From Eledone cirrhosa (Eukaryota), in NCBI GenBank assembly GCA_964016885.1, contig OZ024749.1:9672001-9736000 (forward strand): a DNA stretch of 64,000 nt, written 5' to 3'. Under the pieces are notes generated by a model. The model searched no databases. It was not told the origin of the DNA and saw only the letters and a program-made list of their open reading frames with translations. Below, in pieces: positions 1 through 13,092 of this stretch. The position numbers and the translations under genes are program-made. Numbering within the stretch: the first letter of the stretch is position 1; the number at the start of each line of letters is the position of its first letter.

Positions 1-8
1 TATATATA

Positions 9-599
9 TTGTTATACTTTGGGAGGGTCATGTTGCCAATAAGAAACACATGCACCAGTTGCTTTCACTTCAATTTATTATAATAAATTTATAAATTTAG
101 TTGGTTCCACAACCAGATGGTTGTTTATATATTGTCAAAGTTCTTTCGTCACACATTCTGTGACCTCTTCAGTGACTGGGGATTCCTTTCTTTGTTTTTG
201 TGCTTCTCCTTTGTTCTGTCCTACGCCATTTTGTTTCTGTGTGTGTGTTGTGTGCTCAGTCTGCGCATGCGCCACATCCGGGTGTCTGTGTGTGTTTATA
301 TTCGTTTATTTATTTGTTTACTTACATGTTACAGGTTGGTTGTTTGTTCTATGTGCGTGTGTGTTTTCATTTTGTCCTTAATTGTAAGTTGTGATGTTGC
401 TGTTCCACTCATGTTTTCTATTTAATTTTGGTTGTAATTCTTTTATGTTTATTGCCTCTGTGATTTGTCTAAACATTGCGTCTTTTCTGTGTGTGGATTC
501 TATTTTTATTTCTATGTTCTCTAATTTAGAACATAATTTTATTCTAATTTTTATTTCTATGTTCTCTAATATAGAACATAAGGGTAAATTATTCTGTTT
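9..599 (-). mobile_element. 5'-truncated Penelope-like element: GIY-YIG C-terminus, 3' UTR and hammerhead
   Basis: Minus frame 599-378 reads ...IESTHRKDAMFRQITEAINIKELQPKLNRKHEWNSNITTYN*, fitting the R-x-I-x-EA-x-x-I...P-x-LNR motif of Penelope GIY-YIG endonucleases. It includes a 45-bp in-frame duplication, is followed by a hammerhead motif and ends in (TA)n. Confidence 0.85.
134..176 (-). ncRNA. Type I hammerhead ribozyme motif (family 1)
   Basis: gtca-CTGAAGA-g-GTCACA gaatg TGTGAC-GAAA-gaac-TT-tgac: stems I and II pair and the core is intact; stem III is minimal. Confidence 0.7.
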
Positions 600-878
600 T
601 CAGCATCATCATCATCATCGTCATTATCATCATCAACAACAACAACAACATCGTCATCATCATTATCATCACCATCATCATCACCATTGTCATCATCATC
701 ATCATCATCATACATCTGTTTCCCCATACTCTCGTGGGTTTGATAGGTTACTACAACTCAACACTGCTCAGAGAATCATGTCTTGCTCCAGTCTTCTCAA
801 TTCTACAGTTGTACACCCTTCCTAATTACTTGTGTGTCTCTCTATGTGTGTATATCTGGGTGTGTATATATATATATA

Positions 879-1318
879 TATTGTTATACTTTGGGAGGGT
901 CATGTTGCCAATAAGAAACACACGCACCAGTTGCTTTCACTTCAATTTATTATAATAAATTTATAATAAATTTATAAATTTCTGGTTGGTTGGTTGGTTG
1001 CCTCTCCTTTGTTCAGGACAGAACAAAGGAGAGGCACAGAAACAAAGAAAGGAATCCCCAGTCACTGAAGAGGTCACAGAGTGTGTGTGACGAAAGAACT
1101 ATGACAATATATAAACAACTATCTGGTTGTGGAACCAACCAACCAACCAGAAATTTATAAATTTATAAATTTATTATAAATTTATTATAATAAATTGAAG
1201 TGAAAGCAACTGGTGCGTGTGTTTCTTATTGGCAACATTACCCTCCCAAAGTATAACAATATCGGTTTCAACACACGATTTCAGATAAAGAATCTTGCTA
1301 AACAAATTCAGAAACGAA

Positions 1319-1323
<5 letters not shown>
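879..1323. mobile_element. Fold-back pseudo-LTR cassette of the same Penelope family
   Basis: 879-990 is the reverse complement of ~1133-1262; inner hairpin 1000-1035; the right arm matches 9-222 inverted and has a ~60 bp extra tail; (TA)n on both sides. Confidence 0.8.
1061..1105 (+). ncRNA. Type I hammerhead ribozyme motif (family 1)
   Basis: gtca-CTGAAGA-g-GTCACA..TGTGAC-GAAA-gaac-TA-tgac. Confidence 0.7.
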
Positions 1324-1382
<59 letters not shown>

Positions 1383-1629
1383 TATATTATCTTCCTTTTA
1401 CTTTTTTATTATGTTTTAACCATTGTTTGTATTTTTTTATTTTGTGTGCCATCAATTGTATCTGCATCTTGTGAGATCTGCTTGTGCCCTAGCATTTAGC
1501 TTAACAACCCCAGCATGTACTCTCTCCTTATTCGCCATCTCCGATCTCCCTATCTTTACCCTCTATTGTATTCCGATTGTTCGTGTGACTAAGCTTGGTA
1601 GAGCTTATACTCAGCACTGTGTTTATTAA

Positions 1630-1670
1630 GCTCTGATGATTCCCAACGGTATGGATGAAACATTGTAAGC
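1630..1670 (+). ncRNA. Type I hammerhead ribozyme motif (family 2)
   Basis: gct-CTGATGA-tTCC caacggtat GGA t-GAAA-CATTG-TA-agc; predicted GUA cleavage site; ~45 bp before a (TA)n run. Confidence 0.7.
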
Positions 1671-1713
1671 AAATAAAAACTGTTTGAGTATGTAAGCGTT
1701 CTTTGGTTTCTTT

Positions 1714-1760
<47 letters not shown>

Positions 1761-1807
1761 ATGTGTGTGTGTGTGTGTGTGTATGTCTCTGTTTGTGGGT
1801 ATATACA

Positions 1808-1844
<37 letters not shown>

Positions 1845-2201
1845 TTATATGTCTTTGTGTGCATATATGTGTGTGTGTCTGTACACCATTATACCATTCT
1901 TTTGCCTCTTTATCTCTCCTACTTTTTGCCTGCTACTCTGTTCAGTATGTATACTCCTCCTTCCACCTATATATTAATTCTCTCTTTCCTTTCTCATTTA
2001 CTCTCTCTCTCACTCTTTCTTTCTATATATATATATGATATATATATATATATATATATATTTGTTATAGCGCTGGTTCATCTGAATCATTGAGCACTTG
2101 CCACACATCTCGGAGGTTGTTTTTCGTTATTTTGTGGGCCGAAATGCGATTCTCGATAATTTATGTTTGTTTTTATATATATATATACACACACACATAA
2201 T

Positions 2202-2544
2202 GGAGTCGCATGTCTTAGTGGTTAGAGCATTGGCCTTGCAATCGAAAGGTTGTGAGTTCAATTCTCAGACCGGGGGATGTGTTGTTTCCTTGAGCAAGAC
2301 ACTTTATTTCACATTGCTCCAGTTTACTCAGCTGTAGAAATGAGATGATAGGACTGGGGTCCATATCATTCCACTGTAAAGTAGTCGTGGAAGTACTACG
2401 GTAAAAAAGCACCCAGCATTTACTGTAAATGAGGTTGGTGTTAGGAAGGGCATCCAGCTGTAGAAATCAAGCCAGAATCAGTTCCCGTCTCACCCTTGAA
2501 AGCAGGGAAAGCGGACGTAAAATGATGATGATGATGATGATGAT
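2202..2544 (+). mobile_element. tRNA-derived SINE, family A
   Basis: A/B box-like head (tagtggttagagc...gagttcaattc), ccttgagcaagacact core, RTE-like tail ending in (ATG)n; near-identical copies elsewhere in the window. Confidence 0.9.
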
Positions 2545-2552
2545 ATATATAT

Positions 2553-2601
<49 letters not shown>

Positions 2602-3087
2602 TATATATATGTATATGATCAAATATACCGTCAAACCAACAGCCCAACACACGCCAGTATTACAGTATTACATATTCGTGATGTAGATGCCATCGTAATC
2701 ACATCCTTCTTCCATTCCTTAGACACAGCTGTAAAACCCCTCCAACTCTATATCAACCATGTTGAAACATCAATCATGTGGAAACATGACTCCAATACAA
2801 CTTACACACTTGAACTACGTGTGTAATACACAGTTTCTTTTAGGAAAAAACCTGCTTGTGTGATTTGCTGAATATTGTCTTCACAGCATGTGCACTTTCA
2901 CAGCTGACAGCGGTGAAGTTCAAAGGGCAGTTTTGGATTTGTTTTTTGTTTCATTTAGAATACAAGAAATTTTTTTAATATTTCATTACAGCAATTATAA
3001 TAAATCTGACTGGTAAACTTACTTTCCCTTCCATGTATTGTAATACTAAAAGTCGGTACATGTCCCCTTTAAGTTTTAGTTATCAAT

Positions 3088-3480
3088 TGTCATCATCATC
3101 ATCATTTAATGTCCATTTTCCACGTTTCCATGGGTTAGACGAGTTGTCACATTATGAGACCAGACAGGTCAGGTGTTCTTGCTCATATGATCAGATTTTG
3201 GCTTGGTGTTTTATGTATGGATGACCTTCGTTGCAGTGTTTACTGGGAACATTTTTCATGGCAGCAGCCTTACCACTTTACAGGGTGGATCAGGTGTATG
3301 GATGATGAGAGTTTGGTAAAAAGGTGCCAGGTCATCCAAGTGGAAGGAAGAGATGGGCAAAAGTGGTGAAAGCTGATGTCATAACAAAGGGATGCAACAT
3401 GGCGTGAGATACTGTTTTGGAGAAGGCCCATCGAGCCCTTGTATACATGGAAAAAAACATAAAAGATAAGGAAAATGATG
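3088..3480. mobile_element. Decayed RTE LINE 3' fragments in both orientations
   Basis: RCMDDESLVKRCQVIQVEGR resembles the RTE C-terminus at 50531-50965; (CAT)n/(ATG)n tails. Confidence 0.55.
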
Positions 3481-3722
3481 ACGGTGATGATGATGGTGAT
3501 GGTGATGATGATGAAGGAGATGATGATGATGGTGATGGTGATGATGATGGTGATAGTGGTCATGATGATGATGATGATGATGGTCATAGTGGTGATGATG
3601 ATGAGGGAGATGATGATGATGGAGATGGTGGTGGTGATGATGGTGGTAGTGGTGATGATGATGGTGATCAAGATGATGATGGTGGTGGACATGATGACGT
3701 TGATGATGATGATGATGATGAT
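3475..3722. repeat. (GAT/GGT)n degenerate microsatellite
   Basis: Direct inspection. Confidence 0.95.
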
Positions 3723-4118
3723 AGTATTGCACCAAGACCAATATTACTCCATGTATCTTTCATTTTCTTTAAGGCAATAGGGTTCAATTTAAAGAAATTT
3801 GATTGCTATTTCTAGCAAGTTCAGTAACCACATAGAGGTTTCCTTTTTTTTTTTTTATTCATTATTAATTTTAAAACTTTTTTTTTTAAATTTGTTTTTG
3901 TAAGTTGTGAAGTTGTGATGGAAGATGGTAAGATAGGACATGAGAAGAGAGCTGAAGTAGAGTGGCTTGTTATTTCAAATGGGATGTAAATTGGATGGAA
4001 CTCAAGAAAGTCTGGATGAGAGTAGCTTTGGTAAATACGTTCCTCAGTTAAGATTTGAAGATTCTAGTTCAGAAAAAATGTTGAAGCCTTCATGCAGAAA
4101 ATATTTCATACTTTCCTC

Positions 4119-5609
4119 CCTCACAACCACTACCACCACTACCTGCCCCCACAACCACCACTACCACCACAACCACCACTACCACCACTACCTACCCCCA
4201 CAACCACAACCACCACCTCCATCACCACCACTACCTGCCCCCACAACCACCACCTCCATCACCACCACTACCTGCCCCCACTACCACCATCTCCATCACC
4301 ACCACTACCTGCCCCCACAACCACCATCTCCATCACCACCACTACCTGTCCCCCACAACCACCACCTCCATCACCACCACTACCTGCCCCCACTACCACC
4401 ATCTCCATCACCACCACTACCACCACTACCTGCCCCCACAACCACAACCTCCATCACCACCACTACCTGTCCCCCACAACCACCATCTCCATCACCACCA
4501 CTACCTGTCCCCCACAACCACCATCTCCATCACCACCACTACCTGCCCCCACTACCACCATCTCCATCACCACCACTACCACCACTACCTGCCCCCACAA
4601 CCACAACCTCCATCACCACCACTACCACCACTACCTGTCCCCCACAACCACCACCTCCATCACCACCACTACCTGCCCCCACTACCACCATCTCCATCAC
4701 CACCACTACCTGTCCCCCACAACCACCACCTCCATCACCACCACTACCTGCCCCCACTACCACCATCTCCATCACCACCACTACCTGCCCCCACAACCAC
4801 CACCTCCATCACCACCACTACCACCACTACCTCCCCCACAACCACTACCTCCCCCACAACCACCACCACCACCTCCATCACCACCACTACCACTACTACC
4901 TGCCCCCACAACCACCACCTCCATCACCACCACTACCACCACTACCTGCCCCCACAACCACCACCTCCATCACCACCACTACCTCCCTCACAACCACCAC
5001 CTCCATCACCACCACTACCACCACTACCTGCCCCCACAACCACCACCTCCATCACCACCACTACCTCCCCCACAACCACCACCTCCATCACCACCACTAC
5101 CTGCCCCCACTACCACCATCTCCATCACCACCACTACCACCACTACCTGCCCCCACAACCACAACCTCCATCACCACCACTACCACCACTACCTGTCCCC
5201 CACAACCACCACCTCCATCACCACCACTACCTGCCCCCACTACCACCATCTCCATCACCACCACTACCTGCCCCCACAACCACCACCTCCATCACCACCA
5301 CTACCACCACTACCTCCCCCACAACCACTACCTCCCCCACAACCACCACCACCACCTCCATCACCACCACTACCACTACTACCTGCCCCCACAACCACCA
5401 CCTCCATCACCACCACTACCACCACTACCTGCCCCCACAACCACCACCTCCATCACCACCACTACCTCCCTCACAACCACCACCTCCATCACAACCACTA
5501 CCCCCCCCCCACAACCACCACCTCCATCACAACCACTACCCCCCCCACAACCACCACCTCCATCACAACCACTACCTCCCCCCACAGCCACCACCTCCAT
5601 CACCACCAA
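4119..5609. repeat. ACC-rich compound minisatellite
   Basis: Repeated ccacctccatcaccaccactacctgcccccacaa units with larger internal duplications; explains the Pro/Thr/His ORFs. Confidence 0.95.
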
Positions 5610-5783
5610 ATTCTCAAAATATAAATTCTTTAAGAGCCAAACATCCAGAAAGTATGTATTTACTTTTTGTCCTTAACCAATAACTCCATCTGATGTTTCT
5701 TCCTCTTCCAAATGGTTTCTCTCTCAAGTACCATGCCATACTATCTTCAAAGTTAACACATCTTTATTGCTCACATCTCAATT

Positions 5784-5798
5784 GTATATATATAGATA

Positions 5799-5857
<59 letters not shown>

Positions 5858-6039
5858 ATGTATATTTATGTATGCATCTATATATATGTATGTATACATA
5901 TATATATGTGTATGTATACATATATATATATGTATATATATGTATATATATATATATGTATATATATGTATATGTATGTATGTATATTTATGTATGCATC
6001 TATATATATGTATGTATACATATATATGTGTATGTATAC

Positions 6040-6071
<32 letters not shown>

Positions 6072-6257
6072 GGTTGTATGTATGTATATATATGTATGTA
6101 TGAATGTATGTATGTATGTATATATGTATGTATATGAATGTATGTATATATATATGTATTATGTATGTATGTATGTATGTATGTATGTATGTATGTATGT
6201 ATATGTATGTATGTATGTATGTATATATGTATGTATGTATGTATGTATGAATGTATG

Positions 6258-6310
<53 letters not shown>
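5784..6310. repeat. (TA)n/(TATG)n microsatellite
   Basis: Direct inspection. Confidence 0.95.
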
Positions 6311-6312
<2 letters not shown>

Positions 6313-6611
6313 TATTGTAATGTATTGAAGTTATCTCAGACATCATTATTGCTGCGATGAAAACTACACACACACTCACACACATGTATGTATGTGTATA
6401 CATATATATTCTTGTATGTATCTATGTATGTATACATGTATGTATATTTGTATGTATGTATAACAGGCTATTTATAGAATTTATCAATATACTTAATACT
6501 TAATTATGTTGGTTTTTGCTTCTTCGGAGAAGTTAAGCGATTTTTGTTTGATTCACAAACAATATATTTCAGCAATTTAAGCTGTAATTGGTAGATGAGA
6601 GAATATTGAAG

Positions 6612-6884
6612 GTAGGACACCAAACCTGGATATTGTAGAAGACTGTAGGAGGACACTAAACCTGGATATTGTAGAAGACAGTTGTAGGACACCAAACCTG
6701 GATATTGTAGAAGACAGTTGTAGGACTCAAACCTGAATATTGTAGAAGACAGTTGTAGGACACCAAACCTGGATATTGTAGAAGACAGTTGTAGGACACC
6801 AAACCTGGATATTGTAGAAGACAGTAGGTGGACCCTGAAGATGGATATTGTAGAGGACAGTAGTAGGACCTTGAAGATAGATAT
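6612..6884. repeat. 36-bp minisatellite
   Basis: gtaggacaccaaacctggatattgtagaagacagtt, about 7 copies. Confidence 0.9.
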
Positions 6885-7178
6885 CTCTTGGCTCTGAATT
6901 CAAATCCTGTTGAAGTAAAGTTTGTCTTTCATCAAAATAAGGATCAGTATATTGAATACTTCAATAAAATATTTGGGGGGGGGGGGGGGCTAACTTGACA
7001 AAATATAAGACCAAGGGCCAGGTGGCTATCTTTATCGATTGTAAGACCAGTAGTTGGGTGGCTAACTTAATAGTATTTTAAATACAGAGAAGCCATATCA
7101 TTGCCAAACAAACATCTTAACCACACAAATCATACAGCCATGTCTGCCACATAAACTAGAGTTGAGAACCAGACTTAA

Positions 7179-7426
7179 CCTTTTCATTACCATAGTTCTA
7201 ATGAAAAACACTGCCTATGATTTTCAAATCAACTTGAAAATAAACAAGAATTTGAAGGGACTTATGCATAGTAAAATCACTAATTTCCTCATTATTAAGC
7301 TGATGCTTGGAATGTAACATAACAAAGGTCCATACATGAAATTATGATGGAGTTGTGTAAGATAAATATAAACACTTTTGTATCATAGAACCAGAAATGG
7401 TTTCAGATGGTTTGGTATTAAAAGGG
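7179..7426. mobile_element. piggyBac-type MITE (old)
   Basis: TTAA-cctttt...aaaggg-TTAG termini. Confidence 0.55.
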
Positions 7427-7621
7427 TTAGTGATTCTTGCAACTCCAAAACGATTAGTGTTTCACCATAATTCAATCAACTTGGTGTATGTATGGTCCCA
7501 TAACTTCTGAGGGAGTTGAAAGGGTGCTATATTGAGATATGGTGTTTCTAGGCCAATTTTTTTACCTGGCAGCGGCCATCTTCTCTCCAGGTCTGAATAC
7601 AGTAGATTTCTTCCAGAGAAG

Positions 7622-7890
7622 GAGAGAGAGAGTGAGAGAATGGAAGTGAGAGAGAGTGAGAGAATGGAAATGAGAGAGAGTGAGAGAATGGAAGTGAGAG
7701 AGAGTGAGAGAATGGAAATGAGAGAGAGTGAGAGAATGGAAGTGAGAGAGAGTGAGAGAATGGAAGTGAGAGAGAGTGAGAGAATGGAAGTGAGAGAGAG
7801 TGAGAGAATGGAAGTGAGAGAGAGTGAGAGAATGGAAGAGAGAGAGAGTGAGAGAATGGAAGAGAGAGAGAGTGAGAGAATGGAAGAGAG
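7622..7890. repeat. 24-bp purine-rich minisatellite
   Basis: gagagagagtgagagaatggaagt, about 11 copies. Confidence 0.95.
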
Positions 7891-8392
7891 AAAGATATAT
7901 AGAGAGAATCAACTCCAGTACTTGGCTGATACTTTTTTTTATCGACCTTGAAAATTGACCTCGACAGTATTGGAACTCAGAGAGTAGAGAGCCCGAAACA
8001 AATACCTCAAAGCATTCTGTCTGACATTCTAATGACTCTGTCAATTCACACCCTTTAACTTATTGGATACGTCCAGAAAAGAAATCCTATTTGACAAAAG
8101 ATCTGATTACTTTAATTTTGTAAATTCTAAATATTACATGTATTACAAAGCATTGTTTGAACTGTCAGTGTACCTACATTAGATTTTAAATGATCCAATA
8201 TTTATTGTGTTGGACATTATCGATTGATGAGATCTAACTTCATTCTCTTACTAAGTGATGTAGAACTCATCAAATTGGACCAAGGAAACCATGTTTCCAA
8301 GGGTCTTTCCATTTGCTGATACTACCAGTCGCAACTCCTGGCATAATTAATTCATTCATTCATTAACCAAATTGCCAACAAATGCAAAGCTA

Positions 8393-8468
8393 CTGTATTT
8401 CCTGGTGTTGAAGACACTACTTTTTTCCTAAAATAAGTCTCAAAAATCTTTGATGCCGGGAAATACAG
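8393..8468. mobile_element. Tiny pogo/Tc1-type MITE
   Basis: TA-ctgtatttcctggtgt...atgccgggaaatacag-TA. Confidence 0.65.
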
Positions 8469-8844
8469 TATTTATTATGTATTACTACATAATATATATA
8501 TATGCTGAATAAGACCCGTCCCACCCTTGCAAGCAGGGAAAAGCGGACGTAAAATGATGATGATGATGGGGTTATATTGTCTCAGTTCACTATTTTCATT
8601 GGTAAGATAAATTAAGCTGAATGCCTCTTTTACCCTTTGTTCTTTGGGAGCAAATAGTTATAGTGGCAGAGCATTTATCTTCCTGAAGAGACACGGTCTG
8701 AGGTAAAGTGCCTATATGGAGTTCATTAACTGAAAATCTTTTGGTTTTCTCCCCTATTGGTGTATAATTTCTGGCTGTATTGAAACGTTCATAGATGTGT
8801 AAATAAACAACAATAATTATAATCCTTCGTTTTACTGAATTTTG

Positions 8845-8896
<52 letters not shown>

Positions 8897-8930
8897 GGAT
8901 TTTAATGGATACAGTTTAGTTAAAAGGAAT

Positions 8931-9051
8931 TTATTGACACGTGTTTCTATAACAGTTACATAACCTGAAAACAGCTGCTATCTACAAAGTATTAGTTATG
9001 CAGACATTCAATATTTCAATGTTATTATCAACTGTCATTTCATCGGAATAA
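8931..9051 (-). ncRNA. Type I hammerhead motif with CCGATGA core and 92-nt stem II domain (family 3)
   Basis: ttatt-CCGATGA-a atgacagtt...aactgttat a-GAAA-CACGTG-TC-aataa; palindromic stem III, GUC site; (TA)n ~40 bp downstream. Confidence 0.7.
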
Positions 9052-9622
9052 TTTTACTGAGGACCTGTTTGGTTTTTATAGAGAATATTATGAGGGAGGG
9101 GTGAAGTTGTTAGAAGAATAGTTGAGGGAGTGGTTTTTTGATAGCAGTGAGAATTTTTGGTGGCAGTGAGTAATTAGATTCCCATCTGTTGTTTTGACAT
9201 TTTTATAGAATATATTATTGGTTATTTTTCTAAATCTATAGAAGGATTAGAGATAGTAAAGATATGCGTGGTTGGTTTTGTGTTTGCACTTAATTAACAT
9301 TCAGACTTAAATTTTTCTTTCAAGTGTACGTATCCTTTCGCCCACGCATTCACACACAAACATATTTGCACACCTCTACAAAATACATATACTCACATAC
9401 ACATACTTACATGCTCATACTTACATACTCATACTTACATACATATACACATGCATACATATATCATCATCATCGTTTAACGTCCGTGTTCCATGCTTGC
9501 ATGGGTATATACACATATATACATGTACATACATACGCGTTCATGTGTATACATTTTCATACTCAACTTATCTTTATATACACACGTATAGACACACACA
9601 TATATACACACATACTCCAGTC

Positions 9623-9671
<49 letters not shown>

Positions 9672-9857
9672 ACTTTAATATATATATATGCTAATTTTAG
9701 GTTTAACAATGCATATAAAATACAGGGTGACCATAAATCTTTCACATGGCATGAATATCACTTAGATGTTCTCTGAGTGATGAGTGGAGCCCATGTTGAA
9801 TTCACTGAAGTTCATGGGGAAATGAAAACAAACTGCTAGACATATGCTATAAGTGGG

Positions 9858-11095
9858 CCAAAAGGATGAAAGGCAAAGTTGAGATTGGTGGGATTTGAAC
9901 TCAGAACGTAAAAACGGAAGAAGTATCGCTAAGCATTTCACCAGCTCACCGCCTTATTTTCACCAGTTATAATGCAATATGAAATATTGGTTCTACCACG
10001 GGCCATAGAAAAGTAGTTCGCGGGCCACATGTTTGAGCCCCCTGTTGGAGATAGATAGATAGACGTGTACCAAACACACACACTCACATCTCTGACTCTC
10101 TCTGTCTCTCCCTCTTTCTCTCTTCATTTATATATATATATTTTTTGCATCTTTGGTATTTTGACTGTATAGTTTGAATTGTTGCAACAGCTAACAGTGA
10201 AATATAAAATATAAAAAAAAAGCTTTTCAGACTGAGATCAAGTCTTTCAGAACATTCATGTCTATTTTTCAAAAATATATAATTTGAAATAGTTTGCTTT
10301 TGTTTTGGACTGAAAATTGTTTGTATTTAATTTGTACGAGTATTTTTTAAAGATTCTAACATAACTTAATTTGAAATGGATATTCGTGGATATTTTAAAT
10401 GTAGTCGTGAAAATGATACTGTTCTTTCTCAGGAAAGCTCCAAAATACAGAAAAATACAGAAAAATCAAGCCAAGATCTTGTGTCGCTCTCAACTTCCAT
10501 CATTTCTTATGAACCTTCTGAACGTAATGAAAGCTTCCCTATACCAATTGATCATGAAAATGATAATGTTCTTTCTCAGGAAAGTTAAAAAACAAATGCT
10601 AAAACAAAATCCAGCCAAGATACTGTATCTCCCTCAACTTCCACCGTAATTGAACCTGCTGAACGTTATGAAAGCTGCCTTATACCGATGGAACCTTATC
10701 ATCCAGATGTGACTGTGATACCTCTTCAAAAATTGCCAAATAAGACACTGAAGTTTCAATCAAAATGGTTCCAGGCTTATAATTGGCTGCATTATGATGC
10801 TAGATTGAAAGGAGTTTGTCACACGTGTTCATATGCACATCAAGATAAACTAATAAACTTGGCTAAATGCTCTGATAATGCTTTCATTTTAAGAGGCTTC
10901 AAAACTGGAAGGGGGCTCAAACATGTGGCCCGCGAACTTCTTTTCTATGGCCCGTGGTAGAACCAATATTTCATATTGCATTATAACTGGTGAAAATAAG
11001 GCGGTGAGCTGGTGAAATGCTTAGCGATACTTCTTCCGTTTTTACGTTCTGAGTTCAAATCCCACCAATCTCAACTTTGCCTTTCATCCTTTTGG
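9858..11095. mobile_element. 186-bp near-perfect inverted repeats enclosing a hAT/TTF zinc-finger relic
   Basis: 9858-10043 is the reverse complement of 10910-11095 (one mismatch seen). Each arm is part of a family B SINE plus a hAT-like end (agggggctcaaacatgtggcccgcg). Confidence 0.85.
10376..10908 (+). pseudogene. hAT transposase/ZMYM1-like N-terminal fragment (TTF-type zinc finger)
   Basis: MDIRGYFK start and KFQSKWFQAYNWLHYDARLKGVCHTC...AFILRGFK; interrupted by stops, an internal duplication and truncation. Confidence 0.7.
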
Positions 11096-11167
11096 TTGCA
11101 AGACATTTCAGAGCATTGGCTGGGCTAAAAAGCCACATTCAATCGTAGCACTGTTAATTGTTATCGC

Positions 11168-11211
<44 letters not shown>

Positions 11212-11260
11212 GTGTGTGTGTGTGTAGATATGTATGTGTGTGTGTGTGTGTGTGTAGATA

Positions 11261-11309
<49 letters not shown>

Positions 11310-11336
11310 GTGTGTGTGTGTGTGTAGATATGTATA

Positions 11337-11374
<38 letters not shown>

Positions 11375-11377
<3 letters not shown>

Positions 11378-11720
11378 TCATCATCATTATCATCATCACC
11401 GTTTTACGTCAGTTCTTCCACACTTGCATGGGTTAGACGGGTTGTCCTGTTGTGGGCAGTGTCCGGTCAGCTGACCTTCTCTTGCTCATACAGTAACTGA
11501 GTCTGGCTTGATTTCTACAGCTGGATGCCCTTCCTAACACCAACCTCATTTACAGTGAGTGCTGGGTGCTTTTTTTCCGTGGTGCCTACACGTCCACTTT
11601 ACAATGGAGGGGGGGGATCGTATTGCCTATATTCTTCAGCTTCGGCTTGTTCCTGTGGGAAGTCAGGTCTTCTGTATTACTGCGTAACACCAGAGGTCAC
11701 GGTCGTGTGTCATTGCCCTT
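11375..11720 (-). mobile_element. 3' UTR fragment of RTE LINE family B
   Basis: Colinear with 63135-63516, which follows the RTE ORF; (ATG)n tail. Confidence 0.8.
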
Positions 11721-11941
11721 GACAATGTAAATATATATATTATTATTATTGTTATTATTATTGTCGTTATTGGGTTTTTGGGGGGTTTTTTCATGCAATG
11801 GCCATACTCGATAACAAGGGGGCAGCCATCATGTATATGTATATATGTATGTATATATATATATGTATATATGTATGCATATATATGTATATGTATATAT
11901 GAATATATATATATATGTGTATATGTATATATGTGTGTGTG

Positions 11942-11985
<44 letters not shown>

Positions 11986-12074
11986 TGTGTGTGTGTATAT
12001 ATGGATATGTATATATATATGTATATATATAAATGTATAATATAAGATCAAAAGATGGTTAAAGGAGTTCAATA

Positions 12075-12145
12075 TATTTTATTATGCGCATTTCAAAAAC
12101 AAACATCATCAAACAATAATATTTGTGTTTTCATCAGATAAAACA
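12075..12145 (-). ncRNA. Type I hammerhead motif (family 4, diverged copy)
   Basis: tgttttat-CTGATGA-stem II-GAAA-TGCGCA-TA-ataaaata; flanks 12045-12180 are homologous to 33695-33840. Confidence 0.75.
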
Positions 12146-12498
12146 GGAGAACATGATATGAAGGCTAAAAAAACACTTGTTGATAGTGCAGTTTTAAATC
12201 AACAAATGTATATATATATATGTATGTGTTTGTATATATGTATGCATGTATGTATATGTGTATGCATGTATGAATATATATATGTGTGTGTTTGTATGTG
12301 TATAAAATAGGGAGACACAAAGCAGGTTTTATTTACAAACGGCTAGCAAATTTAAAAATTAGGTTGTAACATGTGCTTATGCCATATTTGACTAAATAGA
12401 ATTAGTCTGTTAGTTGTGATTTTATATATGGAATTTTATATATATTTTTTGTAACAGTTTCTGAAGATCTGATCGAGCTAGCATCGTATTTAATATTG

Positions 12499-12878
12499 AG
12501 TGGCACATGGCTTAGTGGTTAGAGCATTGGCCTTGCAATCGAAAGGTTGTGAGTTCAATTCTCAGACCGGGTGATGTGTTGTTTCCTTGAGCAAGACACT
12601 TTATTTCACATTGCTCCAGTTTACTCAGCTGTAGAAATGAGATGATAGGGACTGGGGTCCCTATCATTCCACTGTAAAGTGGCAAAAAAGCACCCAGCCC
12701 ACACTGTAAAGTGGTTGTGGAGGCGCCACAGAAAAAAAAGCACCCAGCACTCACTGTAAATGAGGTTGGTGTTAGGAAGGGCATCCAGCTGTAGAAATCA
12801 AGCCAGAATCAGTTCCCGTCCCACCCTTGCAAGCAGGGAAAAAGCGGACGTAAAATCATGATGATGATGATGATGATG
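12499..12878 (+). mobile_element. tRNA-derived SINE, family A
   Basis: Near-identical to 2202-2544, with a duplicated aaaagcacccagc unit. Confidence 0.9.
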
Positions 12879-13092
12879 GCACTGCTTCTAGTGTTCAGCA
12901 ATGTTTAGACAACTTTATCAGAGAAACAATTGTTAGACTGTAAATAAATCCCCTTTTTTGTGCTGTTGACCATTTTATTCTCCACATTTTTTAAATTATA
13001 TATATATAACTAAGGAATTGTGGTAAGGAACCAGATGGACCATAACGCACCAGAGTACTCAATACTTAGGGTAGTAGAGTGGGTAATAGGAA

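Noticed and set aside
3905-4031. Possible plus-strand exon(s) with gtaaga/gtaaat donors
   Set aside because: No recognisable protein, ambiguous frame and no compatible partner exon.
3967-5676. Extensin/mucin-like Pro-Thr-His ORFs (also 32809-33543)
   Set aside because: ACC-rich repeats are open in several frames and have no splice or domain support.
7560-7620. Possible minus-strand exon ending in ccag|gtaaa
   Set aside because: Similar sequence recurs at about 52580-52640 and 30700-30760 next to SINEs, so it is repeat-derived.
8682-8730. CTGAAGA followed by a short hairpin (similar cases at 12461 and 53202)
   Set aside because: No correctly placed GAAA/NUH or stem I; at most dead relics, so not counted as hammerheads.
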